Assembly (NCBI GenBank): GCA_050173015.1
Contig: JBFXLE010000009.1
Location: 64,001-128,000, forward strand
Direction: 5' to 3'
Origin: Calditrichaceae bacterium
GTDB lineage: Bacteria; Calditrichota; Calditrichia; Calditrichales; JBFXGD01
Length of the DNA stretch: 64,000 bases
Each line of letters begins with the position of its first letter. The first letter of the stretch is position 1. Below are positions 11,401 to 20,997 of the stretch, in pieces. The notes beneath the pieces were generated by a model. The model saw only the letters and a program-made list of their open reading frames with translations. It was not told the DNA's origin and made no database searches. The position numbers and the translations under genes are program-made.

Positions 11401-12005
11401 TCCTTCCAATTCTCCGCCTGACCACCCAAAATATCATCTGTAGAGATCCATTGTAAATTGCCAAGTTCGTTTGCCTCGGCGATTCCGCTGCTCTTTGTTG
11501 AGAAAAAATCCATAGTGGTGCGGAATTTTCTCAGGAAAGGCACTTTATCCAGTGATTCGGTAAATTTGTTCCCGAGTTTTAAAATACGGATCATGTGAAG
11601 AATTGAGTTGTTTGTGAGAGCCAGAGTAGCCTGCGCATCCCTTATAATACCCTGAAGCCGCGGTAGGGTGCGGTTTAGGCGGTTCGGGTCTGGCGGGTAG
11701 GCGGGAACCGCAATGATACCGGCGTAGAGACAGCCGAAGAATCCTATAATGTATTCCAGTCCGGGCGGATAAAGCAATAAAGCGCGCGCGCCGGTCAGGC
11801 CTTTTTTCTGCAGGGTAGCCGCTACCGCGCGGGCAAGTTTGTCCAAATCGCTGTAGGTATAATTAATCTCCTTGGATTCACCATCTTTCAGATAGGTGTA
11901 GGCGATTTTGTCCGGATCAGTGAACGCTCTCCACTGTAAAAGCTCGATAAGTGTTGATGGCTTAAATTTTGGATCCGAATAATCAATTGATTTATATTTT
12001 GACAT
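5430..12005 (-). CDS. Hybrid loading/PKS protein: fatty acyl-AMP ligase, ACP, KS, degenerate AT, degenerate KR, ACP
   Basis: FAAL motifs LQYTSGSTG, WLPIYHDMGLIG, CYGLAEATL; ACP GLDSAQ; KS DTACSSS, HSTGT, NIGHLEAA; AT site reads GYDSG; KR Rossmann motif reads IAGSFDKSA; C-terminal ACP LGGNSL. Confidence 0.93.
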   Translation of the reverse strand: MSKYKSIDYSDPKFKPSTLIELLQWRAFTDPDKIAYTYLKDGESKEINYTYSDLDKLARAVAATLQKKGLTGARALLLYPPGLEYIIGFFGCLYAGIIAVPAYPPDPNRLNRTLPRLQGIIRDAQATLALTNNSILHMIRILKLGNKFTESLDKVPFLRKFRTTMDFFSTKSSGIAEANELGNLQWISTDDILGGQAENWKDPGITGDNLAFLQYTSGSTGVPKGVMLSHNNLLVNSAQIHEGFGYSNNSHGVIWLPIYHDMGLIGGILQPLFGNLPATLMSPIHFLQQPIRWLQAISKIKDKSIISGGPNFAYDLCVKKITTEQLMGLDLSHWDVAFSGAEPVRQQTIERFTETFKVAGFRKDSFIPCYGLAEATLFVTGTTIKVEPIVTTLDKNALASNKVVPTEKESPDALPLVSCGTTPSGQKIAIVNPDSMIACEELQIGEIWIKGDNVAQGYWNRSEESEKTFHAHLANSGEGPFLRTGDLGYLENGNLYVTGRVKDLIIIRGRNYYPQDIEYLIENCHPEIRPGCSAAFSIEKDGSERLVVVAEVRHSKNINIKQITDAIRLIVNETFDIQTHSIALIKPRTIPKTSSGKIQRHACKNEYENGILKLVTKSVETESPEDIDVIRDLEHVSGDSLQKNENTLRIEEWITARLAEALEISAPEIDPQKPFSSYGLDSAQAVGLVGDLEVWLNRSLSPTLIWDYPDIASLAAHLAGEGEIPIIVHQKTKPAEIKNESIAVIGYSLRMPGANNPDEFWKILKDGIDAVTEVPADRWRAEDFYDPNPGTPGKMVTKYGGFISGVDQFDAHFFGISPKEAVHMDPQQRLLLETTWEAFESAGINADLIAGSNTGVYIGISTNDYSRLNNKNLNDISSYSGTGNALSLAANRISYTFDLRGPSLSVDTACSSSLTAIHNACRSLRQGDSDLFIAGGVNLILSPEVSVTLSQARMLSPSGRCRSFDENADGYVRGEGCGVVLLKRLSDAVRDHDPIHAVIRGSALNQDGRSNGIGAPKGLAQQEVLRLALHDAGVSPDDIDYLESHSTGTAYGDPIEIDAIRNVLTVKRDFSNPLIIGSVKTNIGHLEAASGISGFVKTILALNNKYIPKHLHLSRLNPHIKSGESPIAFTISGQEWPVKNTRRLAGVSSFGIGGTNAHIILENAPEPLPGSAEQKHHLLTLSAKSMSALDKISANLVAYLLKYPDTNLSDLDYTLNTGRKPFNHRKIITYQNYQELIEALKDSKSDKFPTLSHKRIPVQAGMAFLFEGRNYSGIGSSGKFYEEIPEFKKYVDHCCALTKNQSDLPMSDIISGKINFQNESKVKLEKEAASHLASFIIQYAFARILIDYGVMPEIMAGYDSGEFLCAHLAGVITLEDSLKLILKHAEFSVAGNKNDAMLSDLSGNFKEYISSITLKKPSIKYISSVSGDFIAPEEAANPAYYIDLLTAPGQSDHILNALSDLPIQPIIVGFGNDRSGSRTPVSENRILSMMEDSEIDRSATLCLYSLLGKIWLSGKEINWSAFYRDEIRNKISLPTYPFERQRYWIDIHKTSSIADSNGEKPIDTSSRFHIPVWKQSDIPVRKTKLISAFKDTVCLIFGHHDPLTKQITEHLREYTKSVINICDGNNFHVSNEKIIINPSSEDDFRQLFDYLSEKKINPGVILYDTNGPEIASDHRGKDILDRHDRTPGFVYLSKVLNTLNYSEAPRLGVITRGMFDVTGSEKIDTSLSVFAGLIVALHEGHPDIHLHLIDLDPFAHGEGFSRRYSEQILHEFTGRNSDPIVAYRGRHRWTRHNEAIQLDVPDKKELLLRDDSTYLIAGSFDKSALLLAEHLSKSAKLKLILLSADSFPANENWDLWLESHDDKNVISRQIRQIRKIEKRGARVKIFTGNLSNFKNYDAGIKSMGPIRGFIFADIDSDPALLNVTSNGSHENITNSIKNMDAGFKKLTKLTIENGSDFCILHSSQPHPNDKYGLAAYAAVNHFIDSFSSLQNRAGQTQWISVNRDNRFIRKTETRSEPGINSEESANAILRILALRGIGRITVSSEVPDSEITEVSEISETGKSGNIKYSRPDLPTNYIPPKTKLEKQVVESWQNLLGIQTIGVNDDFFDLGGNSLLGTQLIAQVREQFNIELPLQSLFADPTISGITKIIDREINKASQKIDKVASMLARIEKISDQQANEMLRARKNDSL

Positions 12006-12784
12006 AACCTGCCTTTATAAATTTAAAAACCGGCATCGTACCGGTTTTGTAATTCAGATGTTTTGAGACAACGAACAAGCCAGTAAAGAATGAGAAATAT
12101 CGATCATGAATGCCGGGATGAAGATATGCGGAATTCTGAACGATTGTGATAATGAGACATGATAAATTAGAGGGATAGGTTGAGATGAAAAATGCTGAAA
12201 GAAGGGGATAATTCAACAACGCCGTTATTTTAAACAGACTGGAAATAGTAGAGTTGCCGATGCTCTCCGGATTTATAGTACCGGATATTAAAATATAGGT
12301 CGCATCGACTATTCTAACTTTGTCAGCATAGTCCCGGATTTGTTCTGGTAATGATAGACCCAACAAATCTCTCTCCCCCCAAAGACGAGATTCAAGTCAT
12401 CAATATCCATATTAAATTTAATTCCAAATACTCAGTAAGAACCGAAAAAATATAAGATCGCGTGTGTGTGTAACTGCTAATTAAAAATCAGTATTGCGCA
12501 GGTATAACCCCACTAGGTGTAGCCGTTTGAGCATAGAATTATTTACAAAATTATGATATTGTGAATAGTGATATAGGTCACTCATATCATACCTTAAAAT
12601 GTATTTTATCTAACGCTAAGACTCAGAAAATATTCCAACTTAGTTAGCTTTAATCACTCGATTAGATTTTTAATCGGAGGGAAGATATTTTTCGGGATAT
12701 TTATAATAATTAAACCAATTAAATATTACTAAATTCATCTTATTACCGATATTTAACGGATTCAAAGACTATAAAGATGAATAA

Positions 12785-12958
12785 TCATAAGGGATTATCC
12801 GGCTTTTTTAGGATGCGGTTTGGATCAAATCGCATCTGCATCACCGGACATGACGCGCATTGAGACCCGTCTTCACCGACGGTCATCACTTTTTTGACAT
12901 GTTTGTATATATAAAAAACCGCGCCTGTCAGCACCAAACCGATAATTAATTCTTCCAT
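12785..12958 (-). CDS. FeoB-associated small Cys-rich membrane protein (57 aa)
   Basis: Below the ORF-track size cutoff. MEELIIGLVLTGAVFYIYKHVKK...QCASCP...: one hydrophobic helix followed by CxxC, directly downstream of feoB. Confidence 0.75.
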   Translation of the reverse strand: MEELIIGLVLTGAVFYIYKHVKKVMTVGEDGSQCASCPVMQMRFDPNRILKKPDNPL

Positions 12959-12967
12959 AATTTCCGC

Positions 12968-15127
12968 CTATCCTAATCCTAAAAATATACCTGCCTGGTA
13001 AACTAAAAGTGATGAGATATATGCCAGGCTTGTCATATAGCCCACCATAATCAGCGGCCATTTCCAGGAGTTGGTTTCTTTTTTAATAATCGCAAACGTT
13101 GCCATGCATTGTGCGGCATAAGCGAAAAAGACCATCAGTGATATCGCCACAAGAGTCGTAAAAACCGGTCTTCCGTCAGGATGTGTATCTCTTTTCATGG
13201 CATCGATCAGACTGGTGCTCTCACCATCCCCGTTTTCAAGGTTGTATAAAGTCGACAGGGTACTGATGATGACTTCTCTGGCAGCAAACGAGGTGACTAA
13301 ACCTACACCGATTTTCCAGTCATATCCGAGCGGCTTGATGACCGGCTCGATGGCATGCCCTAATTTCCCGGCGTAACTTTGCTCAATCCGTTCTTTCGCG
13401 GTAAGGTCATTGTAATTGTCCGCTTTGGGGTATGAGGCGAGAAACCAAAGAACAATGGATATGGCAAGAATAATACTTCCCGCGTTGGCCAGAAACGATT
13501 TACCACGTTCATAGATTTGCCACCAAACAGATCTAAACAATGGCATCCGGTACGGAGGCAGTTCCATGATAAGACCGGATGAAGATTTCCGGCGAAAAAC
13601 TTTTTTAAATATGATCGCTACAAAAATTGCGGTGAACATGCCTAAGAAGTAGATACCCATCAGGGCGATTCCCTGAAGAGATAGGAATCCGAAAATGGTT
13701 TTTTGGGGAATGAATGCCGCGATTAATAACGTGTAAACGGGAAGACGGGCGCTGCAGCTCATTAAGGGAATGATCATAATTGTGACTACGCGATCCCGCC
13801 AGTTGTCGATAGTACGGGCCGCCATTATCGCGGGAATTGCGCATGCAAATCCACTGAGAAGAGGCAGTACTGAACGTCCATGAAGACCAATTTTACCCAT
13901 AAGGCGATCCAGCATAAAAGCCATTCTCGCCATATAGCCGGTATCTTCGAGAAGTGTCAGAAAGAAGACGAGTAGAATAATTTGTGGAAAAAATACGAGA
14001 ATACTGCCCACACCGGCAATAATACCGTCAACCAACAGGCTTTTCAGAACTCCCTCGGGGAGAAGCAAATTCGCCTGGGCAGATATCCATTCCACTCCTC
14101 CGGAAAACACTTCCATCGGATATTGCGCCCAGCTGAATATGGCGTTAAAAATAAAACCAATTACTAATATTAACGCGATCGGTCCGAAAACCTTGTGAGT
14201 CAATATCGAGTCAACCTTCTCGCTGAAACTTTTCAATTCAATTTTATCTTCATTGACCACTTTTGATAAATATACATCAATAAACGCGTATCTTGAAGCA
14301 GGTTCGAGGGCCTGATAGGGAATATCGCGTTTTTTAAATTCACCCCGGACACCTTCCAGCAGGCTCCTTAACTCATCGATTTCTTCCGATGACAGTATCT
14401 TTTCCAGATGAACGATATAATTGACTTCACCAATAAGCCGCAGCGCGTCAATCAGGGGAGAATGGTTGAGTTTGTTTTCCCGCTCAGAAAGAAATGTGAT
14501 CACCGGATTCAGTGGTTCCAGAAACCGGTCAATCTCAAGAAGTCTTGGTCGTGTTGCTTTGGGTTTATATTGATCAGGCGCTTTTAAGATAGCGTCAATG
14601 ATATCAGAAATCCCTTCGCCATATCTCGCGGAAGCCGGAATCACGGCGTATGCTTTTAGCCGGGATTTTAACAGAGGAACGTTTATTTTCAGACCTTTTT
14701 TTCTGGCTTCATCCATCATGTTAAGAACAATAACCGTGGGAATTGACCAATCCAGTATTTGCAAAGCAAGATAAATATTTCTTTGCAGATTTGTGGCATC
14801 AAGAACAACGACAACGGCATTCGGCCTGTTCTCCTTATCCCTCCAGCTTTGAACCATATCCGAGACAATCTTTTCGTCGATGCTCTTGGCGTTTAGGCTG
14901 TAGGTTCCGGGAAAATCTCTAATTTGAACCTTGTGTCCTCTAAGCCATCCGGATTTCTTTTCAACAGTGATCCCGGGATAATTTCCCACCTTGTGATGCA
15001 ATCCCGTCAATCTGTTAAAAAGTGCTGTTTTTCCACAGTTTGGATTTCCCAGAATAGCGATCCAGGGTGTTCTTTTGCTTCGGTCTATAATTTCGGAACT
15101 GATAGGCTGAAATTTAATTCCTTTCAA
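12968..15127 (-). CDS. feoB: Ferrous iron transport protein B
   Basis: G1 GNPNCGKT, G2 VGNYPGITVE, DFPGTYSL, NMMD, and a multi-TM C-terminal half with SCSARLPVY. Confidence 0.97.
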   Translation of the reverse strand: MKGIKFQPISSEIIDRSKRTPWIAILGNPNCGKTALFNRLTGLHHKVGNYPGITVEKKSGWLRGHKVQIRDFPGTYSLNAKSIDEKIVSDMVQSWRDKENRPNAVVVVLDATNLQRNIYLALQILDWSIPTVIVLNMMDEARKKGLKINVPLLKSRLKAYAVIPASARYGEGISDIIDAILKAPDQYKPKATRPRLLEIDRFLEPLNPVITFLSERENKLNHSPLIDALRLIGEVNYIVHLEKILSSEEIDELRSLLEGVRGEFKKRDIPYQALEPASRYAFIDVYLSKVVNEDKIELKSFSEKVDSILTHKVFGPIALILVIGFIFNAIFSWAQYPMEVFSGGVEWISAQANLLLPEGVLKSLLVDGIIAGVGSILVFFPQIILLVFFLTLLEDTGYMARMAFMLDRLMGKIGLHGRSVLPLLSGFACAIPAIMAARTIDNWRDRVVTIMIIPLMSCSARLPVYTLLIAAFIPQKTIFGFLSLQGIALMGIYFLGMFTAIFVAIIFKKVFRRKSSSGLIMELPPYRMPLFRSVWWQIYERGKSFLANAGSIILAISIVLWFLASYPKADNYNDLTAKERIEQSYAGKLGHAIEPVIKPLGYDWKIGVGLVTSFAAREVIISTLSTLYNLENGDGESTSLIDAMKRDTHPDGRPVFTTLVAISLMVFFAYAAQCMATFAIIKKETNSWKWPLIMVGYMTSLAYISSLLVYQAGIFLGLG

Positions 15128-15381
15128 TTCATCTTTCCTTTCCCATTCCTTCTTCGAACGCGAATTTGTTTGGCTACAGAATTCCTGATAGACAAATGAA
15201 AACCGCGAATCTTTATTTCAATTGGATCCCCCAGGGGCGCGTACTTTATTACACGCAGTGGTGTTCCGTCGCTCAATCCCATATCCCTCAAACGCTCCTG
15301 ACTGTTTGTGTCATCATCCACTCCGCTTATAACCGCCTCATCACCGGGCATCAATTCATTGAGGGTCAATATCTTTTTCAT
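15124..15381 (-). CDS. feoA: Ferrous iron transport protein A
   Basis: RLRDMGL...APLGDPIEIKIRGFHLSIR; overlaps the feoB start by 4 nt. Confidence 0.95.
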   Translation of the reverse strand: MKKILTLNELMPGDEAVISGVDDDTNSQERLRDMGLSDGTPLRVIKYAPLGDPIEIKIRGFHLSIRNSVAKQIRVRRRNGKGKMN

Positions 15382-15397
15382 TGCACATCCTTAGTGA

Positions 15398-15919
15398 TTA
15401 GTATTTCTCAAAACGGTTGGAGGATGATTTCTCTTTTCTTCCCCTTGATGATGCTGACCGTTTTAGGGTTTGTCGATAATTCTCCAATTGATCCAGAAAA
15501 GCGGACGCGGTTTTTTTCTCGCTGAGAGTAAAATCAATAAAATGCGTCAGTTCTTCATAAGTTTCGTAACTCAAAAGGTGTTCAATTTTACAGGCGTCAA
15601 TCTCGGCTTGTCGCTCAGAAATTCCGAGCACTTCCGTGAAAAATGTAAACGCGGCAATCCTTCTCTGTTTAATCATCTCCACAATTCCGCGTGATTGTTC
15701 AGACAAATTCAAAAATCGGTTTTCATCTTCTCCCACCAGTCCCTTATCCTTAAGGGATTTAATTGTCAGAGACGCGCTGCCCCTGGTGATATTAAGTCTT
15801 TTTGCTACATCGGTCACTCTGGCATAACCATATTCATTTAATAAATCGTAGATTGTCATCAAATGATGGGCGACGCTGTGCGTCGTGGAATTGTGGTCAA
15901 ATTCTTTCCATGTTTCCAA
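15398..15919 (-). CDS. DtxR/MntR-family metal-dependent transcriptional regulator
   Basis: HTH ARVTDVAKRLNITRGSAS and dimerisation motif AEIDACKIEHLLS; first gene of the feo operon. Confidence 0.9.
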   Translation of the reverse strand: METWKEFDHNSTTHSVAHHLMTIYDLLNEYGYARVTDVAKRLNITRGSASLTIKSLKDKGLVGEDENRFLNLSEQSRGIVEMIKQRRIAAFTFFTEVLGISERQAEIDACKIEHLLSYETYEELTHFIDFTLSEKKTASAFLDQLENYRQTLKRSASSRGRKEKSSSNRFEKY

Positions 15920-15963
15920 TGTTCCGGGCTCCGATTATTAAGCTTATGTTATATTTGTAACTT

Positions 15964-15983
15964 TTGTTTTATATGTAAAACAA
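15964..15983. promoter_or_regulatory. Candidate DtxR/MntR operator palindrome
   Basis: TTGTTTTA-TATG-TAAAACAA, a perfect 8-bp inverted repeat ~45 bp upstream of the regulator start. Confidence 0.5.
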
Positions 15984-16208
15984 TTGGATTGAATATAAAA
16001 ATACAAAACATCATAGTCAATCAAATTAATAATCTAATCATCAATAAAATTATAACTCAGGATGATGATGCTAATTGTTAAGATTATCTAAATCGTCTTT
16101 ATTTAATACGCATTTACTTGACATAAATGGGGGCTCATCGTATCTTTCAAATTCATTATTTTGATAATATAATCACTAAACATAAAAAGTTCTACGGAGG
16201 TTTTCCCC

Positions 16209-18881
16209 ATGTCAGAAAAATTTGTTTATAAATTCGGGGCAGGAAAAGCAGACGGTAACGCGGGTATGAAGTTATTACTCGGCGGAAAAGGTGCGAATCT
16301 TGCTGAAATGTCTAATCTGGACGTCCCTGTACCACCGGGATTTACCATATCAACGGAAGTTTGTACTACATTTTACGCAAACGACGGAAAATATACCGAT
16401 GATGTTAAGAAACAGGTGATGGAAGGTGTGAAACACATCGAAAAAGAAATGGATTCTGTTTTTGGTGATTCAAAAAATCCTCTTCTGGTGTCTGTTCGGT
16501 CAGGCGCGCCTGCTTCGATGCCGGGTATGATGGATACTGTTCTCAATCTGGGTTTAAACGATGAGACGGTTAAAGGAATTATCGAACAATCCGGTAACGA
16601 GAGATTTGGATGGGATTCATACCGCCGTTTTGTACAGATGTATGGTGATGTGGTGATGGGTATGAAACCGGAATCGAAAGAAGAGGAAGATCCGTTCGAG
16701 GTGATTATCGATGAAGTCAAAGAAAAACGAAATGTGACGAATGATACCGATTTAACGGCGGATGACTTAAAAGAATTGGTTTCACTTTTCAAGGCAGAAA
16801 TCAAAAAAAGAACGGGCTCCGAATTCCCCACCGATCCCTGGGTCCAGTTATGGGGTTCCGTCAGCGCGGTTTTTGGGAGCTGGAATAATAATCGGGCGAT
16901 TACCTACAGAAAACTTAATAACATCCCGGCGGACTGGGGAACAGCAGTCAATGTCCAGGCGATGGTCTTTGGAAATATGGGCGATGATTGCGCCACAGGC
17001 GTTGCTTTCACCCGTGACCCTGCCACCGGAGAAAAAAAATTTTACGGTGAGTATCTGATCAATGCCCAGGGTGAAGATGTTGTGGCCGGAATCAGGACGC
17101 CGCAGCCGGTTAATGAATCGACAAAGAGTGATCCAACCCATAAAACACTTCAGGAAGTAATGCCGACAGCTTACGCTGAACTCGAATCGATTTACAAAAA
17201 TCTTGAAAATCATTACAAGGAAATGCAGGATATCGAGTTTACGATCCAGAGAGGACGTTTATGGATGCTCCAGACACGCACGGGTAAACGTACCGCTGCC
17301 GCCGCTGTGCGTATTGCCGTTGAGATGGTGGATGAAGGCATGATTGACAAGAAAACAGCTTTAAAAAGAATTGAACCAAATCAGCTGAATCAGTTACTCC
17401 ATCCAACATTTGATCCAAAAGCGAGCAAAACTGTCATTGCGAAAGGGTTGCCCGCCTCTCCCGGAGCGGCGACTGGACGTATCGTGTTCCATGCGGATGA
17501 TGCTGAAGAATGGGCAGAACGTGGAGAATCTGTTATTCTCGTAAGAATTGAAACATCGCCGGAAGATATCGGCGGTATGAATGTTGCCAAGGGTATTCTA
17601 ACGGCCCGCGGCGGTATGACCTCACACGCGGCTGTGGTGGCGCGTGGAATGGGTAAGTGCTGCGTCGCCGGTAGCGGTGCATTGAGAATCAACTATAAAG
17701 AACAAACGATGACCGTGGACGGCAACGTTTATAAAAAGGGCGACTGGATTTCGCTCGACGGATCATTAGGTGAAGTAATTGAAGGAAAAGTACCCACTAC
17801 CCAACCGGAACTTTCGGGTAACTTTGGCAAATTAATGTCATGGGCTGATGAGGTAAGAAGATTAAAAATACGCACCAACGCGGATACTCCGCATGATGCC
17901 GGTGTGGCCCGCGATTTTGGCGCTGAAGGTATCGGTTTATGCCGTACCGAACACATGTTCTTTGAAGGTGATCGGATCAAGGCGGTCCGGGAAATGATTT
18001 TGGCGGAAGATGAGGCCGGAAGACGCAAGGCGCTTGATAAATTGCTTCCTTATCAAAGAGATGATTTCTATGGAATTTTTAAGGCAATGCATGGACTGCC
18101 TGTGACCGTAAGAACGCTTGATCCACCCCTGCATGAGTTCCTGCCTCACGATGATGATAATCAAGCGGAGATGGCCAAAGAGATGGGAATCAGCCTGGAA
18201 GAAGTCAAGGCGAAAGTTGATGCTCTTCATGAGTTTAACCCGATGCTTGGTCATCGTGGCTGCCGTCTTGGCATATCCTATCCTGAAATTACTGAAATGC
18301 AGGCCCGCGCTATTCTGGAAGCTGCCTGTCAGCTAACAAAGGAAGGCATTGAAGTTTATCCGGAGATCATGATTCCTCTGATTGGAACGAAGGCTGAACT
18401 GGCAAATCAAAAACAGGTGGTAGTAAGAGTTGCCGAAGAAGTTCAGAAGGAGATGAATGTTAAAGTCGCCTATTTGGTAGGAACGATGATTGAAATCCCG
18501 AGAGCCGCGCTCACGGCGAACGAAGTAGCCGAAGAAGCGGAATTTTTCTCATTTGGTACCAACGATCTTACACAGATGGCTTTCGGATTTAGTCGTGATG
18601 ACGCCGGAAAATTCCTGAAAGAATATGAGGATAAAAAAATCCTGCCGCAGGATCCGTTCCAGACCCTCGATCAGAGTGGTGTCGGACAGCTCGTTGAAAT
18701 GGGCCTGAAAAAAGGACGTCAAACCAAACCGGATCTGAAGGTCGGGATTTGCGGTGAACACGGCGGCGATCCAAAATCCATTGAGTTCTGTCACCGGGTG
18801 GGATTGAACTATGTAAGTTGTTCTCCTTACCGTGTACCAATAGCGCGTCTGGCAGCCGCTCAGGCCGCTCTGGATAAATAG
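16209..18881 (+). CDS. ppdK: Pyruvate, phosphate dikinase
   Basis: [18 protein letters not shown]...SMPGMMDT, phospho-His motif [31 protein letters not shown]. Confidence 0.98.
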   Translation: MSEKFVYKFGAGKADGNAGMKLLLGGKGANLAEMSNLDVPVPPGFTISTEVCTTFYANDGKYTDDVKKQVMEGVKHIEKEMDSVFGDSKNPLLVSVRSGAPASMPGMMDTVLNLGLNDETVKGIIEQSGNERFGWDSYRRFVQMYGDVVMGMKPESKEEEDPFEVIIDEVKEKRNVTNDTDLTADDLKELVSLFKAEIKKRTGSEFPTDPWVQLWGSVSAVFGSWNNNRAITYRKLNNIPADWGTAVNVQAMVFGNMGDDCATGVAFTRDPATGEKKFYGEYLINAQGEDVVAGIRTPQPVNESTKSDPTHKTLQEVMPTAYAELESIYKNLENHYKEMQDIEFTIQRGRLWMLQTRTGKRTAAAAVRIAVEMVDEGMIDKKTALKRIEPNQLNQLLHPTFDPKASKTVIAKGLPASPGAATGRIVFHADDAEEWAERGESVILVRIETSPEDIGGMNVAKGILTARGGMTSHAAVVARGMGKCCVAGSGALRINYKEQTMTVDGNVYKKGDWISLDGSLGEVIEGKVPTTQPELSGNFGKLMSWADEVRRLKIRTNADTPHDAGVARDFGAEGIGLCRTEHMFFEGDRIKAVREMILAEDEAGRRKALDKLLPYQRDDFYGIFKAMHGLPVTVRTLDPPLHEFLPHDDDNQAEMAKEMGISLEEVKAKVDALHEFNPMLGHRGCRLGISYPEITEMQARAILEAACQLTKEGIEVYPEIMIPLIGTKAELANQKQVVVRVAEEVQKEMNVKVAYLVGTMIEIPRAALTANEVAEEAEFFSFGTNDLTQMAFGFSRDDAGKFLKEYEDKKILPQDPFQTLDQSGVGQLVEMGLKKGRQTKPDLKVGICGEHGGDPKSIEFCHRVGLNYVSCSPYRVPIARLAAAQAALDK

Positions 18882-18891
18882 CTGATTCAAC

Positions 18892-18926
18892 AAAAAAGCC
18901 ACCGTTTTTGACGGTGGCTTTTATTT
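18892..18926 (+). terminator. Rho-independent terminator after ppdK
   Basis: AAAAGCCACCGT-ttttg-ACGGTGGCTTTT hairpin with T tail. Confidence 0.85.
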
Positions 18927-19064
18927 CGTCGAGGAAACTTCCAGGTTTCAGGAAATTAATCAGTATCCTGCCTGAAAATTTCCTCTTTTTTTTTATTCAT
19001 TATAATTATTATCTTATAATGTAGTTGTGATCACTCGCACGTAAGAGTAGAAAAATTGTAATTT

Positions 19065-20054
19065 ATGAAAAAAATTCTCCTTGTCCACACCGGCGGGACC
19101 TTTGGAATGGTGCCCGCGGAGCCGAAAAGTATCCTGGCGCCCGGAAATTTTCAAAGCCAGATCCTGATAAATGTTCCGGAAATTGTCCGTATCGCGGATA
19201 TAGATGTTGAAATACCATTCAATCTTGACAGTTCCAATATCGGGATCAATGAATGGCAAATTCTCACAGAGTTAATTCACGCGAGAATGGACGAATATGA
19301 TGGGTTTGTTATCATCCATGGCACAGATACAATGGTTTACACGGCGGCAGCCCTTTCATTTACTTTGAGAAATCTCAATAAACCGGTGATCCTTACCGGG
19401 GCGCAGCGTCCATTGTCAAAATTGCGCTCCGATGCCAGGACAAACCTGATCGATGCCGTGGAACTGGCTACTCTGGATATTTTTGAAGTGCTTATCGTTT
19501 TCGGTCAAAAGATTGTTAGGGGCAGCAGGGCAAAAAAAGTGAGTATCAGCAGCTATGACGCGTTTGAATCGCCTAATTTTCCTTTAATAGGGGAAATAGG
19601 TCTCAAGATCAAGTTAAACCAACTGCTTTTGTACAAATCCGTTGAAAAATACAGTTTTCTTCCCGGTTTCAAACAAAAAGCGCTGATTATAAATATCGTG
19701 CCTTCACTGAATCCCAAATATTATTTTCCTTTGTTGGAAAATGACTTGGAGGCATTTATTCTGGCCGGTTTTGGAGCCGGTAATCTCCCAAATACGTCGC
19801 CGGATTGGATACCGTTTATACAAAACGCGACAAAGCTGGGCAAATCAGTTTTTATCTGTAGCAATTCAATGCATGGTTCTGTAGATTTATCATTGTATGA
19901 AAGCGGTCAGAAAGCGCTTGAAGCGGGCGCGGTGGGGCTTGGTGATATGACAATTGAATCAGCCTATGTAAAATTATTGAAAATACTGAATATAACGGAT
20001 ATCCCGGGAGAAATAGTAACTCTCATGAATGAAAACTGGGCGGGTGAAATCTAA
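19065..20054 (+). CDS. ansA: Type I L-asparaginase
   Basis: HTGGTFGM, DSSN, HGTDTM, LTGAQRP motifs. Confidence 0.92.
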   Translation: MKKILLVHTGGTFGMVPAEPKSILAPGNFQSQILINVPEIVRIADIDVEIPFNLDSSNIGINEWQILTELIHARMDEYDGFVIIHGTDTMVYTAAALSFTLRNLNKPVILTGAQRPLSKLRSDARTNLIDAVELATLDIFEVLIVFGQKIVRGSRAKKVSISSYDAFESPNFPLIGEIGLKIKLNQLLLYKSVEKYSFLPGFKQKALIINIVPSLNPKYYFPLLENDLEAFILAGFGAGNLPNTSPDWIPFIQNATKLGKSVFICSNSMHGSVDLSLYESGQKALEAGAVGLGDMTIESAYVKLLKILNITDIPGEIVTLMNENWAGEI

Positions 20055-20055
20055 C

Positions 20056-20985
20056 ATGTGGCATATTTTCAGGAAAGAATACGCGAAAGTTGTTTTCTCA
20101 TCAGATTACATTTATGGACTTCCCACTTCAGGCGATCATCAAACTTTTGATATCATGAAGTACAAAAAGATAAGAGATAAGTTGGTCGCGAAAAAACTGT
20201 TGAAAAGAAGAAATGTCCTGCGGCCTGATTTGTGTTCATATGAGGATCTTAAACTTGTTCATACGGAAAAATACCTGAAATCTTTGCAGGATCCGCAAAA
20301 TGTCAGTCAAATTCTGAAGCTCGGAATTGTTAATCCCTGGGACAATTTTATATTGGAATATTTCAGGGCTGTGACAGGCGGTACCTTAATGGCGACGGCT
20401 TATGCTCTGAAATGGAACAAGCCGACATTTAATCTGGGCGGTGGATACCATCATGCGCACCCGGACAAGGCGGAGGGATTCTGCCTGATCAACGATGTCG
20501 CGATTGCCATACAGAAATTCCGGCATTTGCACCGCGCCAGGAAATTTATGATTATTGATCTTGATTACCATCAGGGGAACGGCAATTTACTTTATTTTAA
20601 GGACGATCCCGATGTTTTCACATTTTCCATGCACGCGAATACCTGGGTGGAGATCGAAGGAAGGTGGAATCAGGATATTCTGCTTCCCGAAAACTGTGAC
20701 GATGACACATATCTTGAAATTCTCGAGCAGCAATTATCGGAATCATGCATGGCTTTCAAACCGGACGCGGTCTTCTACATTGCCGGGTCCGATCCGTATG
20801 AAAAGGATATGCTCGCGGATATGAAATTAACGCGCGAAGGAATGCTGAAAAGAAACCTGTATGTGTATCGAAAAGTGAGAAAACGGAATATACCTTTGAT
20901 TGTGATAGCCGGAGGAGGCTATGGAGCGGATAGCTGGGAAGTATATTATGATTTTCTTGAATACTGTTTACAAAATAAATATTGA
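20056..20985 (+). CDS. Zn-dependent histone deacetylase family protein
   Basis: GGGYHHAH...GFCLINDVAIA, DLDYHQGNG, GSDP..D, GGGY. ATG at 20056 follows the ansA stop (track start 20029). Confidence 0.92.
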   Translation: MWHIFRKEYAKVVFSSDYIYGLPTSGDHQTFDIMKYKKIRDKLVAKKLLKRRNVLRPDLCSYEDLKLVHTEKYLKSLQDPQNVSQILKLGIVNPWDNFILEYFRAVTGGTLMATAYALKWNKPTFNLGGGYHHAHPDKAEGFCLINDVAIAIQKFRHLHRARKFMIIDLDYHQGNGNLLYFKDDPDVFTFSMHANTWVEIEGRWNQDILLPENCDDDTYLEILEQQLSESCMAFKPDAVFYIAGSDPYEKDMLADMKLTREGMLKRNLYVYRKVRKRNIPLIVIAGGGYGADSWEVYYDFLEYCLQNKY

Positions 20986-20997
20986 AATGAATAAAAA

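Noticed and set aside
11992-12366. 124-aa ORF upstream of the PKS
   Set aside because: No recognisable motif, TTG start, overlaps the PKS start; more likely leader or promoter DNA.
12400-12780. Short palindromes in the BGC upstream region (ATTAAATTTAAT, TGATAT...ATATCA) and a possible ops-like element
   Set aside because: Expected by chance in AT-rich DNA; the ops-like match is poor and on the wrong strand.
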